Source of the DNA: Lachnospiraceae bacterium
GTDB lineage: Bacteria > Bacillota > Clostridia > Lachnospirales > Lachnospiraceae
NCBI GenBank assembly: GCA_024684085.1
Contig: JAIKXM010000038.1
Span: forward strand, 8,895-72,894
DNA length: 64,000 nucleotides
Direction of reading: 5' to 3'
In this document: piece after piece, positions 50,970 through 60,802 of the stretch
How positions within the stretch are numbered: position 1 is the stretch's first letter
How the letters are laid out: each line of letters opens with the position of its first letter
Notes under the pieces: model-generated
Seen by the model: the letters and a program-made list of their open reading frames with translations, nothing else
The model's database searches: none
What the model was told of the DNA's origin: nothing
Made by a program: the position numbers and the translations under genes

Positions 50970-52319
50970 ATGAGTAGATTATTCGGAACAGATGGCGTAA
51001 GAGGAGTAGCCAATGAGGAACTTACTCCCACATTGGCAATGCAGCTCGGACAGGCAGGAGCATATGTGCTGACCCGTGAGAATCAGCATAAGCCGACTAT
51101 AATGGTGGGCTGTGATACGAGAATATCAGGCGACATGCTGGCCAATGCGCTTATGGCAGGTATATGCAGTGTCGGAGCTAATGCGGTATATGTAGGTGTT
51201 ATGCCTACTCCTGCGGTTGCTTATCTTACCAAGAAATATAAGGTTGATGCGGGCGTTGTTATCTCCGCTTCTCACAACCCGGTTGAATTCAACGGTATCA
51301 AGTTCTTCGATGGCAACGGATATAAGCTGTCTGATGAACTCGAGGACGAGATCGAGGCTCTGATAAAGAGCAACATGAAGGATGTCATGTTCCCTACAGG
51401 CGCTCAGGTAGGTAAGATCAAGTATCGTACCGATGCAAGAGAAGAATACATCAATCATTCGATCAAGGCGGTTCCGGTAGATCTGTCAGAACTTAAGATA
51501 GTCGTAGACTGTGCTGAAGGCGCAGCTTATTATACTTCCATTGAAGCTCTTAAGGAACTTGGTGCAAAAGTTATCGCCATTCACAATCTGCCCGACGGAA
51601 CCAATATCAACGCCAACTGCGGATCAACTCATATGGAAGAGCTTATGGCCAGAGTCGTATATGAGAAGGCTGATATAGGCCTTGCTTTCGACGGTGATGC
51701 CGACAGACTTCTTGCTGTTGATGAACTCGGTAATACCGTAGACGGTGATCAGATCATGGCGATCATCGGCAATCATATGAAGAAGAAGGGAACTCTTAAG
51801 AAGGATACCATAGTGGTAACCATCATGAGTAATCTCGGCTTCTCGCTTATGGCTAAGGATAATAAGATCAAGGTTGAGCAGACCAAGGTCGGTGACAGAT
51901 ATGTTCTTGAACGTATGAGGGAGATAGGAGCATCTCTCGGTGGTGAGCAGTCAGGCCATGTTATTTTCCTCGATGAGAATACAACAGGTGACGGACTCTT
52001 AAGTGCGCTTCACCTCCTTCAGGTACTTGTGGAGACAGGCAAGCCCTTATCTGAACTCAGTAAGATTATGACGGTTATGCCTCAGGCACTTGTTAATGCC
52101 ATGGTTCCCAATCATAAGAAAGAGAACTACATGGACTATCCTGAGATAGCCGATGCCATTAGCGCTCTTGAGAAGAAGTTTGCGGGCGAAGGACGTGTGC
52201 TTATCAGACCTTCGGGAACAGAGCCTAAGGTCAGAGTCATGATCGAAGGAAAAGATCAGGAAGAGATCAATATTGAAGCTAAGAAGTTGGCTGATTTGAT
52301 TCAGAATACTATGTTATAA
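50970..52319 (+). CDS. glmM: phosphoglucosamine mutase
   Basis: [35 protein letters not shown]. Confidence 0.96.
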   Translation: MSRLFGTDGVRGVANEELTPTLAMQLGQAGAYVLTRENQHKPTIMVGCDTRISGDMLANALMAGICSVGANAVYVGVMPTPAVAYLTKKYKVDAGVVISASHNPVEFNGIKFFDGNGYKLSDELEDEIEALIKSNMKDVMFPTGAQVGKIKYRTDAREEYINHSIKAVPVDLSELKIVVDCAEGAAYYTSIEALKELGAKVIAIHNLPDGTNINANCGSTHMEELMARVVYEKADIGLAFDGDADRLLAVDELGNTVDGDQIMAIIGNHMKKKGTLKKDTIVVTIMSNLGFSLMAKDNKIKVEQTKVGDRYVLERMREIGASLGGEQSGHVIFLDENTTGDGLLSALHLLQVLVETGKPLSELSKIMTVMPQALVNAMVPNHKKENYMDYPEIADAISALEKKFAGEGRVLIRPSGTEPKVRVMIEGKDQEEINIEAKKLADLIQNTML

Positions 52320-52363
52320 GTTCTGAATGTGATATAATAGAATCGGATTGGAGGTATTGAGGT

Positions 52364-52627
52364 ATGGTTAACCAAAAGGTGATAATCAAGAACCCAACAG
52401 GATTACATCTTAGGCCGGCAGGTATCCTATGTAAGGAGGCTATGCAGTTCAAATCTTTAATTACATTTTCTTTTAGGGACACCACGGCTAACGCCAAGAG
52501 CGTGCTTAGCGTACTCGGTGCCTGTGTTAAGTGTGGAGACGAGATTGATATAGTGTGTGACGGCGAAGATGAGGAGCAGGCTCTCCGGTCTTTGGTGACA
52601 GCTATTGAGAATGGATTAGGTGAATAA
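52364..52627 (+). CDS. ptsH: HPr family phosphocarrier protein
   Basis: GLHLRPA (His15) and NAKS (Ser46) both present. Confidence 0.85.
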   Translation: MVNQKVIIKNPTGLHLRPAGILCKEAMQFKSLITFSFRDTTANAKSVLSVLGACVKCGDEIDIVCDGEDEEQALRSLVTAIENGLGE

Positions 52628-52631
52628 GTTT

Positions 52632-52663
52632 AAGCCCGTCTGGTACATGCAGACGGGCTTTTT
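52632..52663 (+). terminator. intrinsic terminator
   Basis: AAGCCCGTCTG-loop-CAGACGGGCTT-TTT. Confidence 0.85.
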
Positions 52664-52704
52664 AAATCCCATAGATTGCTTTGGCCTTCGGGTGGGCAAT
52701 CATA

Positions 52705-53020
52705 ACAAAATCATTGCCGCTCACGGCTTTGGCTCGGCGGCAACTACTACAAAATCATTGCCGCTAACGGCTTCGAACTTAAGATTTTCTAAGCATTTTT
52801 AGGAGGTTTGTTGAAAGGCCTCACAACCGTTCGTTATGCGCCATCCGGGCGCAGAACTCACTATTTTCGCCATCCTTGGCGAAAATTTGTGTAATCTGAG
52901 AAAAAATGCTAAGAAAATCTAAAGTCCTGCAGAAGATCGCGGACAAAAGATTTTGTGTAGATTGCCCGCGAGAGGCAGAAGATCGCGGACAAAGGATTTT
53001 GTGTAGCTTGCCCGCGGGGA
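52705..53020. repeat. cluster of direct and inverted repeats between HPr and leuA
   Basis: 25-bp direct repeat x2; 149-bp element with 24-bp terminal inverted repeats; 46-bp tandem repeat x2. Confidence 0.75.
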
Positions 53021-53170
53021 TTGACATAGTTGCAATTAATCTAAATCAAGTGTAGTATTATCAGCAGTGATATTTATAATACGCAATTGGAAGAGAGGCC
53101 CCGCCACCAGGTGTATATGGGTATGAGCGGGACTTGAAAAAGATATATCAGGAAGAAGAGGAAGAAGAAC

Positions 53171-54844
53171 ATGTTGAATTATAAGCATTATAAGAAGAAC
53201 CCTGTTTTGAACTTTCCGGAAAGGACATGGCCTAACAAGGAGATAACTAAGGCACCTGTTTGGGTAAGCGTTGACTTAAGAGACGGTAATCAGGCTCTTA
53301 TCGATCCCATGCAGGTAGATGAGAAGATAGAGTTCTTCCAGTATCTGTGTAAATTAGGCTTCAAGGAGATCGAGATCGGTTTCCCTTCGGCAAGCCAGAT
53401 AGAATATGATTTCTTAAGACAGCTCGTAGACAGGAAGCTGATCCCCGATGATGTGTGGGTGCAGGTGCTTGTTCAGTGCCGTGAAGAACTGATTGACCGC
53501 ACTTTTGAGAGTATAGAAGGAATCAAGAATGTTATAGTACACATCTATAATTCCACATCAACACTTCAGAGGGATGTGGTATTCCATAAGAGCCGTGAGG
53601 AAATAATCGATATCGCCATCGCCGGCACAAGAATGGTCAAGGAAAGAGCTGCCAAGTTCCCCGGCAATATAAGACTTGAGTATTCTCCGGAGAGTTTCAC
53701 GGGAACGGAGATGGATTTTGCGCTTGAGATATGTACCGCCGTTCAGAAGGAATGGGGCGCAACACCCGAGAATCCCATCATCATCAACCTTCCTTCAACG
53801 GTTGAGACCAATACACCAAATGTATATGCTGATGAGATCGAGTGGATGTCTACTCACTTCGAGAACAGGGATTCCATTATCGTAAGTATCCATCCTCATA
53901 ATGACAGAGGAACGGGAATCGCAAGTTGCGAGCTTGCACTTCTGGCAGGCGCAGAAAGAGTTGAAGGAACTCTCTTCGGTAACGGTGAGAGAACCGGTAA
54001 TCTGGATATTCTTGTTGTGGCATACAATATGTTCTCACAGGGTATCGATCCCAAGCTTGCGATCGAACATGTCAATGAATCAATAGAGATATATGAGAGA
54101 TGCTGTAAGATACCTATCCATCCGAGACATCCCTATGCAGGTAAGCTGGTATTCACTGCTTTTTCGGGCAGTCATCAGGATGCTATCAACAAAGGTGTTC
54201 AGGCACTTAAGGAGAGAGGTTCTGAGATCTGGCAGGTACCTTATCTGCCCATAGATCCCGCAGATATCGGAAGAGAGTACGAGCCCATCGTCAGGATCAA
54301 TTCTCAGTCGGGCAAGGGCGGTGTGGCCTTCATCATGGATGTTTACTTTGGTTATAAGCTTCCCAAGGCCATGCATAAGGAATTTGCCAATGTTATTCAG
54401 GCTATCTCAGAGAAGCAGGGCGAGGTTTCGCCGGATGAGATCTTTGCCAAGTTCTGTGAGGAGTATATCGACCGTAAGGAGCCACTCCATTTCCGAAAGC
54501 TTAAGGTGGATGATCTTAGTGACGAGATCGAGACCAGCTTTGATACAAGAGTTCATGTATTATACACATTGAACGGCGTGGAGAAGGAGATGGAAGGCGT
54601 AGGTAACGGTCCTATCGATGCCGTTAAGAGAGCCATTCAGGAGAACCTTGATCTTGATATTAAGATCCTTGACTATACGGAGCATGCTCTTCAGTCGGGT
54701 TCCAACTCTAAGGCGGCTGCTTATATCCACTTGCTGGATATGAACAGCGGTAATGTAACTTATGGTGTGGGCGAGAGTTCTAATATAACAAGAGCCTCAG
54801 TACGTGCTATTTTCTCAGCGATTAACAGACTTGGATTGGTATGA
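53171..54844 (+). CDS. leuA: 2-isopropylmalate synthase
   Basis: SVDLRDGNQAL, EYSPESF, HPHNDRG, GNGERTGN, GNGPIDA. Confidence 0.95.
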   Translation: MLNYKHYKKNPVLNFPERTWPNKEITKAPVWVSVDLRDGNQALIDPMQVDEKIEFFQYLCKLGFKEIEIGFPSASQIEYDFLRQLVDRKLIPDDVWVQVLVQCREELIDRTFESIEGIKNVIVHIYNSTSTLQRDVVFHKSREEIIDIAIAGTRMVKERAAKFPGNIRLEYSPESFTGTEMDFALEICTAVQKEWGATPENPIIINLPSTVETNTPNVYADEIEWMSTHFENRDSIIVSIHPHNDRGTGIASCELALLAGAERVEGTLFGNGERTGNLDILVVAYNMFSQGIDPKLAIEHVNESIEIYERCCKIPIHPRHPYAGKLVFTAFSGSHQDAINKGVQALKERGSEIWQVPYLPIDPADIGREYEPIVRINSQSGKGGVAFIMDVYFGYKLPKAMHKEFANVIQAISEKQGEVSPDEIFAKFCEEYIDRKEPLHFRKLKVDDLSDEIETSFDTRVHVLYTLNGVEKEMEGVGNGPIDAVKRAIQENLDLDIKILDYTEHALQSGSNSKAAAYIHLLDMNSGNVTYGVGESSNITRASVRAIFSAINRLGLV

Positions 54845-57063
54845 AAAAAATAATCACATTGAATAAAAGAATCATAACGAAAAGCGTGGCGATCATACTT
54901 GGAGGTATGATGATGATGGCACCTGTAGCAGATGTACATGCGGAAGGCGTCATCCAGCTTGATAAGAATAATGCACGGGTTGCGGAGACTTTTGTGGAGG
55001 CGGAGACACAGTCACTTGATCTTGGGACCATCAGACAGGGCGGAGCGCCTATGTATGTGCCGATACGCGTGGTCAATAAGGGAACTGAGCCGGTTAAGCT
55101 CATATGGATGAAGACGGACGATAAGAACAGTCTGATCGTTGATGCACCCGAGAATATGAATCTCGAAGCTGCAACAGCGGCTGTTTTCTACGTGGCAGTC
55201 AATCCCTATGCCTCAGTGGGAGCATATAATACTTCTCTTGTCGTAACCGCGAGTGACGATTATGCCTTTAGCAGCGGAACGGAGATAGAGATCACTTATA
55301 ACATGGTGAAGCCTATTACTGTCGATGCGCCGGAAGCTGAATCCGAAGAAGAGCAGACTGCGGAAGCCGGCGGAGAGGACGACAAGGTTGATATCACCGT
55401 TAAGTCAGTTCCTGCGGAAGCTTCACTTGTTGCAGGCGGCGGACAGTTCGACAAGGGCAGTCAGTATAAGATATTTGTTGCACCCAAACCGGGGTATGAT
55501 TTTGAAGGCTGGTATTGTAATGGTGAGCTTCAGGGCAAGTCATTCCTTGTTATGGAAAAAAATGCGAGGACTGACAAGAATTATGAAGCCAGATTTGCAA
55601 GATCCGACAGCGTTGTCAATGTTAAGGTCAATCATGAGGCTGCCGGAAGTGTAATGGGAGCAGGCAATGTTGAGTTCGGCGGAGATGTTCTGCTTAAGGC
55701 TCAGACCTGCGAAGGCTATAAGTTCGTCGGATGGTATGAGAACGGACGTCTCTTAAGTACCGCTGTTGAGTATACTCTCACCGGAGTGAATGAAGACAGG
55801 TCACTTGTAGCAGGATTCGCACCTGCCAAAACGGATGTTGTTGTAGGTTCGGATGAAGATGGCGGAGAGGTCACCGGAGAAGGAAGAATCAATGAAGGCG
55901 GTTCTGTGGCGCTTCATGCAGAGGACGGAAAGTCATCTAAGTTCTCCGGATGGTATAAGAATGGTGAGATCGTAAGTGCTGATCCTGATTACTCGGAAGG
56001 CAATTTCACGGGCGATGTATGCTTTGTTGCCAGATTCGATGATAAGAGATTCAAGAGATATGATCTGGGCGTGGATACAGGCATCAAGAACGGTCATATC
56101 ACAGGGACAGCGGATGGCAAGATCCAGTCGGGTGAGACTTATACGTTTGCCATAATCCCGGATCCCGGCTATAAGGTTAAGGATGTTATTCTGGATGATA
56201 ACAGTCTCGGCGGGACTAACCGCTTGACTTTGGTTGCGGTTTCGGGTAACCACAGGATAAGTGCACAGTTCGAAGAAGCCGGTGTACCTGTGACTGATTC
56301 GGACAGTGAAGATGATACAGTTGTTGATATGGCGGCAGAGCCCGGGCTTGAACTGATATATGATAATGCTTTCAAGAGCGTGGGAACAGTAGCGGAAGCC
56401 GATAGTGAAACAGTAACCGAAGCTGATAATGAAGCAGAGACCGAAGAGGCCGGAGACAAAGTTAGTGCAGATGCTGAAGCTGCAGTTGGTGATATAAGCG
56501 CTGAAGAAAAACTTAAGGAACAGGTGATAGAAGGTATCCTTAATGATGCGGAGAGAGAGATACTCAGTTCAGGCGGAAGCATTAAGGCTGCAGTAAGTAT
56601 ACTTGACAATGCCAGTAACGTGACAAAGGCTGAAAAAGAAGAGATGGACGTATTTATCGACAATAATATGATCATCGGCAACTTCTTTGATATCATTATC
56701 CTGAAGCAGTCGGAAGGTGTTACATCTTTCGTTGACACTTCTTCGAAACCGCTTACCTTCACAGTCGAATTAGCCAATTCACTGAAGGTATTCAACAGAG
56801 AATATGTTGTTGTTAAGGCTATGAAGCAGGAAGACGGAACAATGGATTTTAAGGTCTGCAAGGATGAGGATCAGAATAGTGATACTATCACCTTCAGTAC
56901 CGATGAATTCGGTTCATATGCTATCTGCTACCTTACTTCCAATAAGCCGGATAAGACAGGTAAGACAGTCGCGATGCTCATCGCTTTCACGGTGATAATG
57001 CTTGTATTGCTCGTAGTTAATATCATGCTGATCAAGCAGTCTCATAAAAAGAAAAAGAATTAG
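54841..57063 (+). CDS. cell-surface protein with InlB-B/Flg_new-like beta repeats and C-terminal membrane anchor
   Basis: signal peptide; GYDFEGWY, GYKFVGWY, SKFSGWY and PDPGYKV repeats; acidic linker; TM + KKKKN tail. Confidence 0.8.
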   Translation: MKKIITLNKRIITKSVAIILGGMMMMAPVADVHAEGVIQLDKNNARVAETFVEAETQSLDLGTIRQGGAPMYVPIRVVNKGTEPVKLIWMKTDDKNSLIVDAPENMNLEAATAAVFYVAVNPYASVGAYNTSLVVTASDDYAFSSGTEIEITYNMVKPITVDAPEAESEEEQTAEAGGEDDKVDITVKSVPAEASLVAGGGQFDKGSQYKIFVAPKPGYDFEGWYCNGELQGKSFLVMEKNARTDKNYEARFARSDSVVNVKVNHEAAGSVMGAGNVEFGGDVLLKAQTCEGYKFVGWYENGRLLSTAVEYTLTGVNEDRSLVAGFAPAKTDVVVGSDEDGGEVTGEGRINEGGSVALHAEDGKSSKFSGWYKNGEIVSADPDYSEGNFTGDVCFVARFDDKRFKRYDLGVDTGIKNGHITGTADGKIQSGETYTFAIIPDPGYKVKDVILDDNSLGGTNRLTLVAVSGNHRISAQFEEAGVPVTDSDSEDDTVVDMAAEPGLELIYDNAFKSVGTVAEADSETVTEADNEAETEEAGDKVSADAEAAVGDISAEEKLKEQVIEGILNDAEREILSSGGSIKAAVSILDNASNVTKAEKEEMDVFIDNNMIIGNFFDIIILKQSEGVTSFVDTSSKPLTFTVELANSLKVFNREYVVVKAMKQEDGTMDFKVCKDEDQNSDTITFSTDEFGSYAICYLTSNKPDKTGKTVAMLIAFTVIMLVLLVVNIMLIKQSHKKKKN

Positions 57064-57137
57064 AGTTCTGTAAGGTGGAAGAGCCGGCTGTTGGAACGGC
57101 CCGGTTGTGTTGTGGAATAGAATAGTTATTACTTAAG

Positions 57138-57167
57138 GAAGCGTGGCGTTAAGCTGTGCTTCTTTTT
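57138..57167 (+). terminator. intrinsic terminator abutting the intron remnant
   Basis: GAAGCGTGGC-gttaa-GCTGTGCTTC-TTTTT. Confidence 0.7.
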
Positions 57168-57292
57168 GTATGACGGGCATGCCGTCAGTCTGTGGTGAAA
57201 GTCCACAAGGGGCGTAGTTGCCGACGAACTCCATAGCAACTCCCAAGGTTTACATCGTGAGATGTAGGCGAGAAGAAGGGATAGCGAAATCG
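57168..57292 (+). mobile_element. 5' fragment (domain I) of a class IIC-like group II intron, no ORF
   Basis: GTATGACGGGCATGCCGTCAGTCTGTGGTGAAAGTCCAC...CAAGG-stem-GAAGAAG...GCGAAA directly after the terminator U-tract. Confidence 0.65.
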
Positions 57293-57394
57293 TGTTAAAT
57301 ATATATTTTGATGCAGCGAAGGGGGATTATGAGTATATTCTGATGATAACGAATGGGGACTTACGTGGATCTGCACCGATTTCGTAAAAAAGTG

Positions 57395-57437
57395 TTGACA
57401 TGAATCTGTAATAGGTGTATATATAACACATGAACAG
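57395..57437 (+). promoter_or_regulatory. sigmaA promoter overlapped by a putative YtrA/GntR operator
   Basis: TTGACA-17 bp-TATATA within the imperfect palindrome CTGTAATAGGTGTATATATAACACATGAACAG. Confidence 0.55.
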
Positions 57438-57460
57438 TTAAAGAAAGGAGATTACGGAGC

Positions 57461-57835
57461 ATGATCATATCGCAGATGTCCGGCGTTCCGATATATCAAC
57501 AGATCGCGGATAATTTCAGGACGGATATACTTGAAGGCAAGATTGCTGAAGGAACGTACCTGCCGAGTATCAGAAGTCTGGCAAGGGATCTTAAGATTAG
57601 TGTGATAACAACTATGAAGGCCTATGAGATCCTGGAGCAGGAAGGCCTTATCACGGCTGTTCAGGGGAAAGGGTATGCAGTTAACGCACAAGATGGCAAT
57701 ATGCTCAGGGAACAGCATATGAGGAAAGTGGAAGAGGGGTTGCTTCAGGCTATAGCATCGGCAAGGATAGCGGGCCTCTCACAGAGCGAACTGATAGAGA
57801 CGCTTAAGTTATTAATGACATTGCAGGAGGAGTAG
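57461..57835 (+). CDS. GntR family (YtrA subfamily) regulator
   Basis: PIYQQI, LPSIRSLA, SVITTMKAYEILE, GKG; short C-terminus. Confidence 0.92.
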   Translation: MIISQMSGVPIYQQIADNFRTDILEGKIAEGTYLPSIRSLARDLKISVITTMKAYEILEQEGLITAVQGKGYAVNAQDGNMLREQHMRKVEEGLLQAIASARIAGLSQSELIETLKLLMTLQEE

Positions 57836-58738
57836 ATGATGGAATTCAACAGCGTAATACACGGGGAGAACATATTGAAAAAATACGGCAAATTCAGGTT
57901 GGATATACCGGAGCTTGATGTGCCGCGCGGATTCGCAACGGCGCTTATAGGAGAGAACGGCGCGGGTAAGTCGACACTGCTTGATATCATTGCGGGAATA
58001 AGGCTTGATTACAAGGGCAGTCTTCGCTTTTTTGACAGATATGATGATAAGGACAGGGAGAATGATCCGGCTGTCAAGAATGCCATCGGCTATGAAGGTA
58101 CAGGCAATTACTTCCTTCCGATGTGGACGGTTAAGCAAGGAAGAGAGATACAGAAGCTTCTGTTCGACAGCTTCGATGAGGATAAGTATATTGAGATGTG
58201 CAGGTATCTGGCTGTTCCTGATGAAGATAATAAGAAGATCTCGGATCTGTCCGACGGTAATCAGATGAAGCTTAAGCTTGCAGGCGTGCTTGCGAGAGAT
58301 ACCGAACTTCTCCTGCTGGATGAGCCGGCGTCGCCTCTCGATCCGCTCATGAGGGATAAGCTCTGTGATATGATAAGGGAATATCTTCAGAGTGATGAGG
58401 GTAATAAGTCGGTGCTCTTCTCGACACATAACATTGCCGATATGGAGGCCGTTACCGATTATATGATACTGGTGGAGAACGGTCGGATCGTGGAGCAGGG
58501 CTTCGTGGAAGATCTTAAGGAGAAATATGTTGTGGTCAAGGGTGAGAAGGCCGATGAGGAATTCGCGGAGAAGGTGCTCTACAGCAAGAGTTCTAACGCA
58601 TATGGATTCGAAGGCTTATGTCTTGCCGAGAGACTCGACGAGCTTGCAGGTATCAATGTAAAGGTGGAGATTCCGAGTCTGTCGCAGATATGTGTGGCTA
58701 TAATGAAGCAGAACTCTGCTCTCTATGGAATCAGGTAG
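57836..58738 (+). CDS. ABC exporter ATP-binding protein (YtrB-like)
   Basis: GENGAGKST, LSDGN signature, LDEP, STH. Confidence 0.9.
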   Translation: MMEFNSVIHGENILKKYGKFRLDIPELDVPRGFATALIGENGAGKSTLLDIIAGIRLDYKGSLRFFDRYDDKDRENDPAVKNAIGYEGTGNYFLPMWTVKQGREIQKLLFDSFDEDKYIEMCRYLAVPDEDNKKISDLSDGNQMKLKLAGVLARDTELLLLDEPASPLDPLMRDKLCDMIREYLQSDEGNKSVLFSTHNIADMEAVTDYMILVENGRIVEQGFVEDLKEKYVVVKGEKADEEFAEKVLYSKSSNAYGFEGLCLAERLDELAGINVKVEIPSLSQICVAIMKQNSALYGIR

Positions 58739-58866
58739 GATGCATTGAACGGTTGTTATGTTAACGAAATTAAGAGATAGAGTCAGCCGGTTATTGAATG
58801 GGCGTGGTTGAGACCGGACTCCATAAGATGGGATTGCAATGACGGCTGACGGACAGGAAGAGGGTA

Positions 58867-60672
58867 ATGGGAGAGTTGTTCGGAATATATAAGGTTTTCA
58901 CACCTCAGAAGTACAGGATATTTGCGGTATATCTGGGGACGATATTGATGATGGCGGTAGCTTTGTTGAATAATATACTCTACGGCAAGGGAATCGGCCT
59001 GATAGTAACGGCAGTTTTGCTGTTGGCTGCGGATGTCTACCTGGATCTTTTTGTCTTCCAGGGGATATTCGGCAAGAACTTTGGATTTGGTCTGCTGCGG
59101 AATTCGGACAGGGGGCTTAAGGTGATCAAGAAGGGCGTTCTGGCCGACAGGCTCAGAAGCCTGTTCCAGCACATGATCGTGATGATGTTCACGGGATTCA
59201 TGTCGAGGGACTATTTTATTGAACAGGGATATATAGAAGGTCCCGCTGATCTGATATTAATGATACTGACAATCGGGATGACGGAATATGTGTTCAATAC
59301 GCTTATCCTTAATATCTCGAGAAGGCATGAGACATTTTTTGAAGGATTCCTCTTGGATATGTTGTACATTCTTGCAGGTTCGGCAGTGGTAGCGGGTGTC
59401 GGATTCCTGTTCATGAATGAGAGTGTACCGGCGCCTTATCCTATGCTGGCTGTTATGGGATTTCTTACGATAATAGTGACATATGCCATGGTAGAACGGG
59501 TGGGAAGAAGATATATTAACTCATTCGAGATCAGTGAGAAGAATATACCGGGTGATGACTCCGGCCGGAGAATGTGGCTGTTCATTCTAATTGCATTCGG
59601 GCTTGACGCTCTGATGATCCCTGCAATGTATATCGGCAAGAGCAATGGAACTGATCTGACAGCGTTCATGGTGGCACAGATGATGTATCCGGCCTGCGGA
59701 GTGGCGCTCGGAGGGTTGTTGTCGTACAGAAGAGTAAGACTTCCCAAGATAGCATACTGGACCATAATTACAACAGGCCTTATTACATTGATACTTGCGG
59801 CCAGCTCAGTAATGCTTCCGCTGGAGTTCGAGATGGCAGGCACTACGACGACTATCCTGTACTATATAAGCAATTTTGTTATAATGATCGCCTCTGTGTT
59901 GATGATCGTAGGGCTGTGTGTTGCCGGTAAGGAGAAGCGGGAGAACGCCGGATTCAGATTCCGTAATCCGGGCAGGTCCTTGCTGATCACAGCATTATTC
60001 ATTGTTCTGTATTTTGCAAGAGTATTCATCCTGTGTATTGCGGATGGCCTTATCAATGACTCCGTTGCCGAGGCTGTGAGGGATTTCGTTAATATATTCT
60101 CATCCGGAAGTTCGGTACAACTGATCCCGGCGATCGTGATCAATCTGCCACTTACCTTTGTTATGTTCCTTGGTGAGGAATACGGATGGAGATATTATCT
60201 GCAGCCCATAATGCAGAAGAAGTTAGGTCGCCTTCCGGGCGTGATACTTCTTGGGATCTTGTGGGGTATCTGGCATGTCGGAGCGGACTTTACGTATTAT
60301 TCGGACGGCACGGGGGTACAGATGCTCCTTGCGCAGATTGTGACATGTGTGTCATTGGGGATTTTCTTCGGATATGCGTATATGAAGACTGATAATATCT
60401 GGGTTCCGGTTATGATGCATTTCTTCAATAATAATCTCATAATGTTCTTAAGCGGTGACGCATCGGTTAATGCAATGCAGGGGAATGTGGTGAGCTGGAC
60501 CGATATACCGTTAATGGTGATCGGAGCGGCTGTATTCTGGCTCTTTGCCTTCGCTTCCATCATGAGAGGGGAAAAAGAATGTCCGCTGTATATGCGTAAA
60601 GCCGGTGTTGCCGAGGTGGATACGATCAACGGTACTAAGGCAGTGGCTGACGGAATGGGAGAAGCAGTCTGA
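58867..60672 (+). CDS. membrane protein fused to a CPBP (CAAX/Abi) intramembrane metalloprotease
   Basis: GEEYGWR, WGIWH and MHFFNN motifs in the C-terminal part; ~220-aa extra N-terminal TM domain. Confidence 0.85.
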   Translation: MGELFGIYKVFTPQKYRIFAVYLGTILMMAVALLNNILYGKGIGLIVTAVLLLAADVYLDLFVFQGIFGKNFGFGLLRNSDRGLKVIKKGVLADRLRSLFQHMIVMMFTGFMSRDYFIEQGYIEGPADLILMILTIGMTEYVFNTLILNISRRHETFFEGFLLDMLYILAGSAVVAGVGFLFMNESVPAPYPMLAVMGFLTIIVTYAMVERVGRRYINSFEISEKNIPGDDSGRRMWLFILIAFGLDALMIPAMYIGKSNGTDLTAFMVAQMMYPACGVALGGLLSYRRVRLPKIAYWTIITTGLITLILAASSVMLPLEFEMAGTTTTILYYISNFVIMIASVLMIVGLCVAGKEKRENAGFRFRNPGRSLLITALFIVLYFARVFILCIADGLINDSVAEAVRDFVNIFSSGSSVQLIPAIVINLPLTFVMFLGEEYGWRYYLQPIMQKKLGRLPGVILLGILWGIWHVGADFTYYSDGTGVQMLLAQIVTCVSLGIFFGYAYMKTDNIWVPVMMHFFNNNLIMFLSGDASVNAMQGNVVSWTDIPLMVIGAAVFWLFAFASIMRGEKECPLYMRKAGVAEVDTINGTKAVADGMGEAV

Positions 60673-60802
60673 ATATGATCGTGAGATCGAAGTATATGGC
60701 AGACGTCAGAGAATAGTATTGAGGGTAAAAATGTGCGCTTGGGATCGGCCGGTATCATGTATATCTAAGGTGTGCGTTCACGAGCGGAGAGAGGAATAAG
60801 AG

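Noticed and set aside
52705-53020. Possible mini-CRISPR from the direct repeats
   Set aside because: Only two copies of each repeat, a 19-bp or no spacer, and no cas genes
53060-53170. Leucine attenuator, T-box or ppGpp riboswitch upstream of leuA
   Set aside because: Only one hairpin (CCCGC/GCGGG); no Leu-rich leader peptide, T-box or ykkC-type core, and no terminator
57187-57372. raiA-motif-like words (GTCTGTGGTGAAAGTC on +, GATCCACGTAAG on -)
   Set aside because: The two words are on opposite strands and the rest of the motif is absent; a group II domain I explains the first better
57431-57440. TGAACAGTTA resembling the MITE end
   Set aside because: Isolated, no partner end; lies in the GntR operator region
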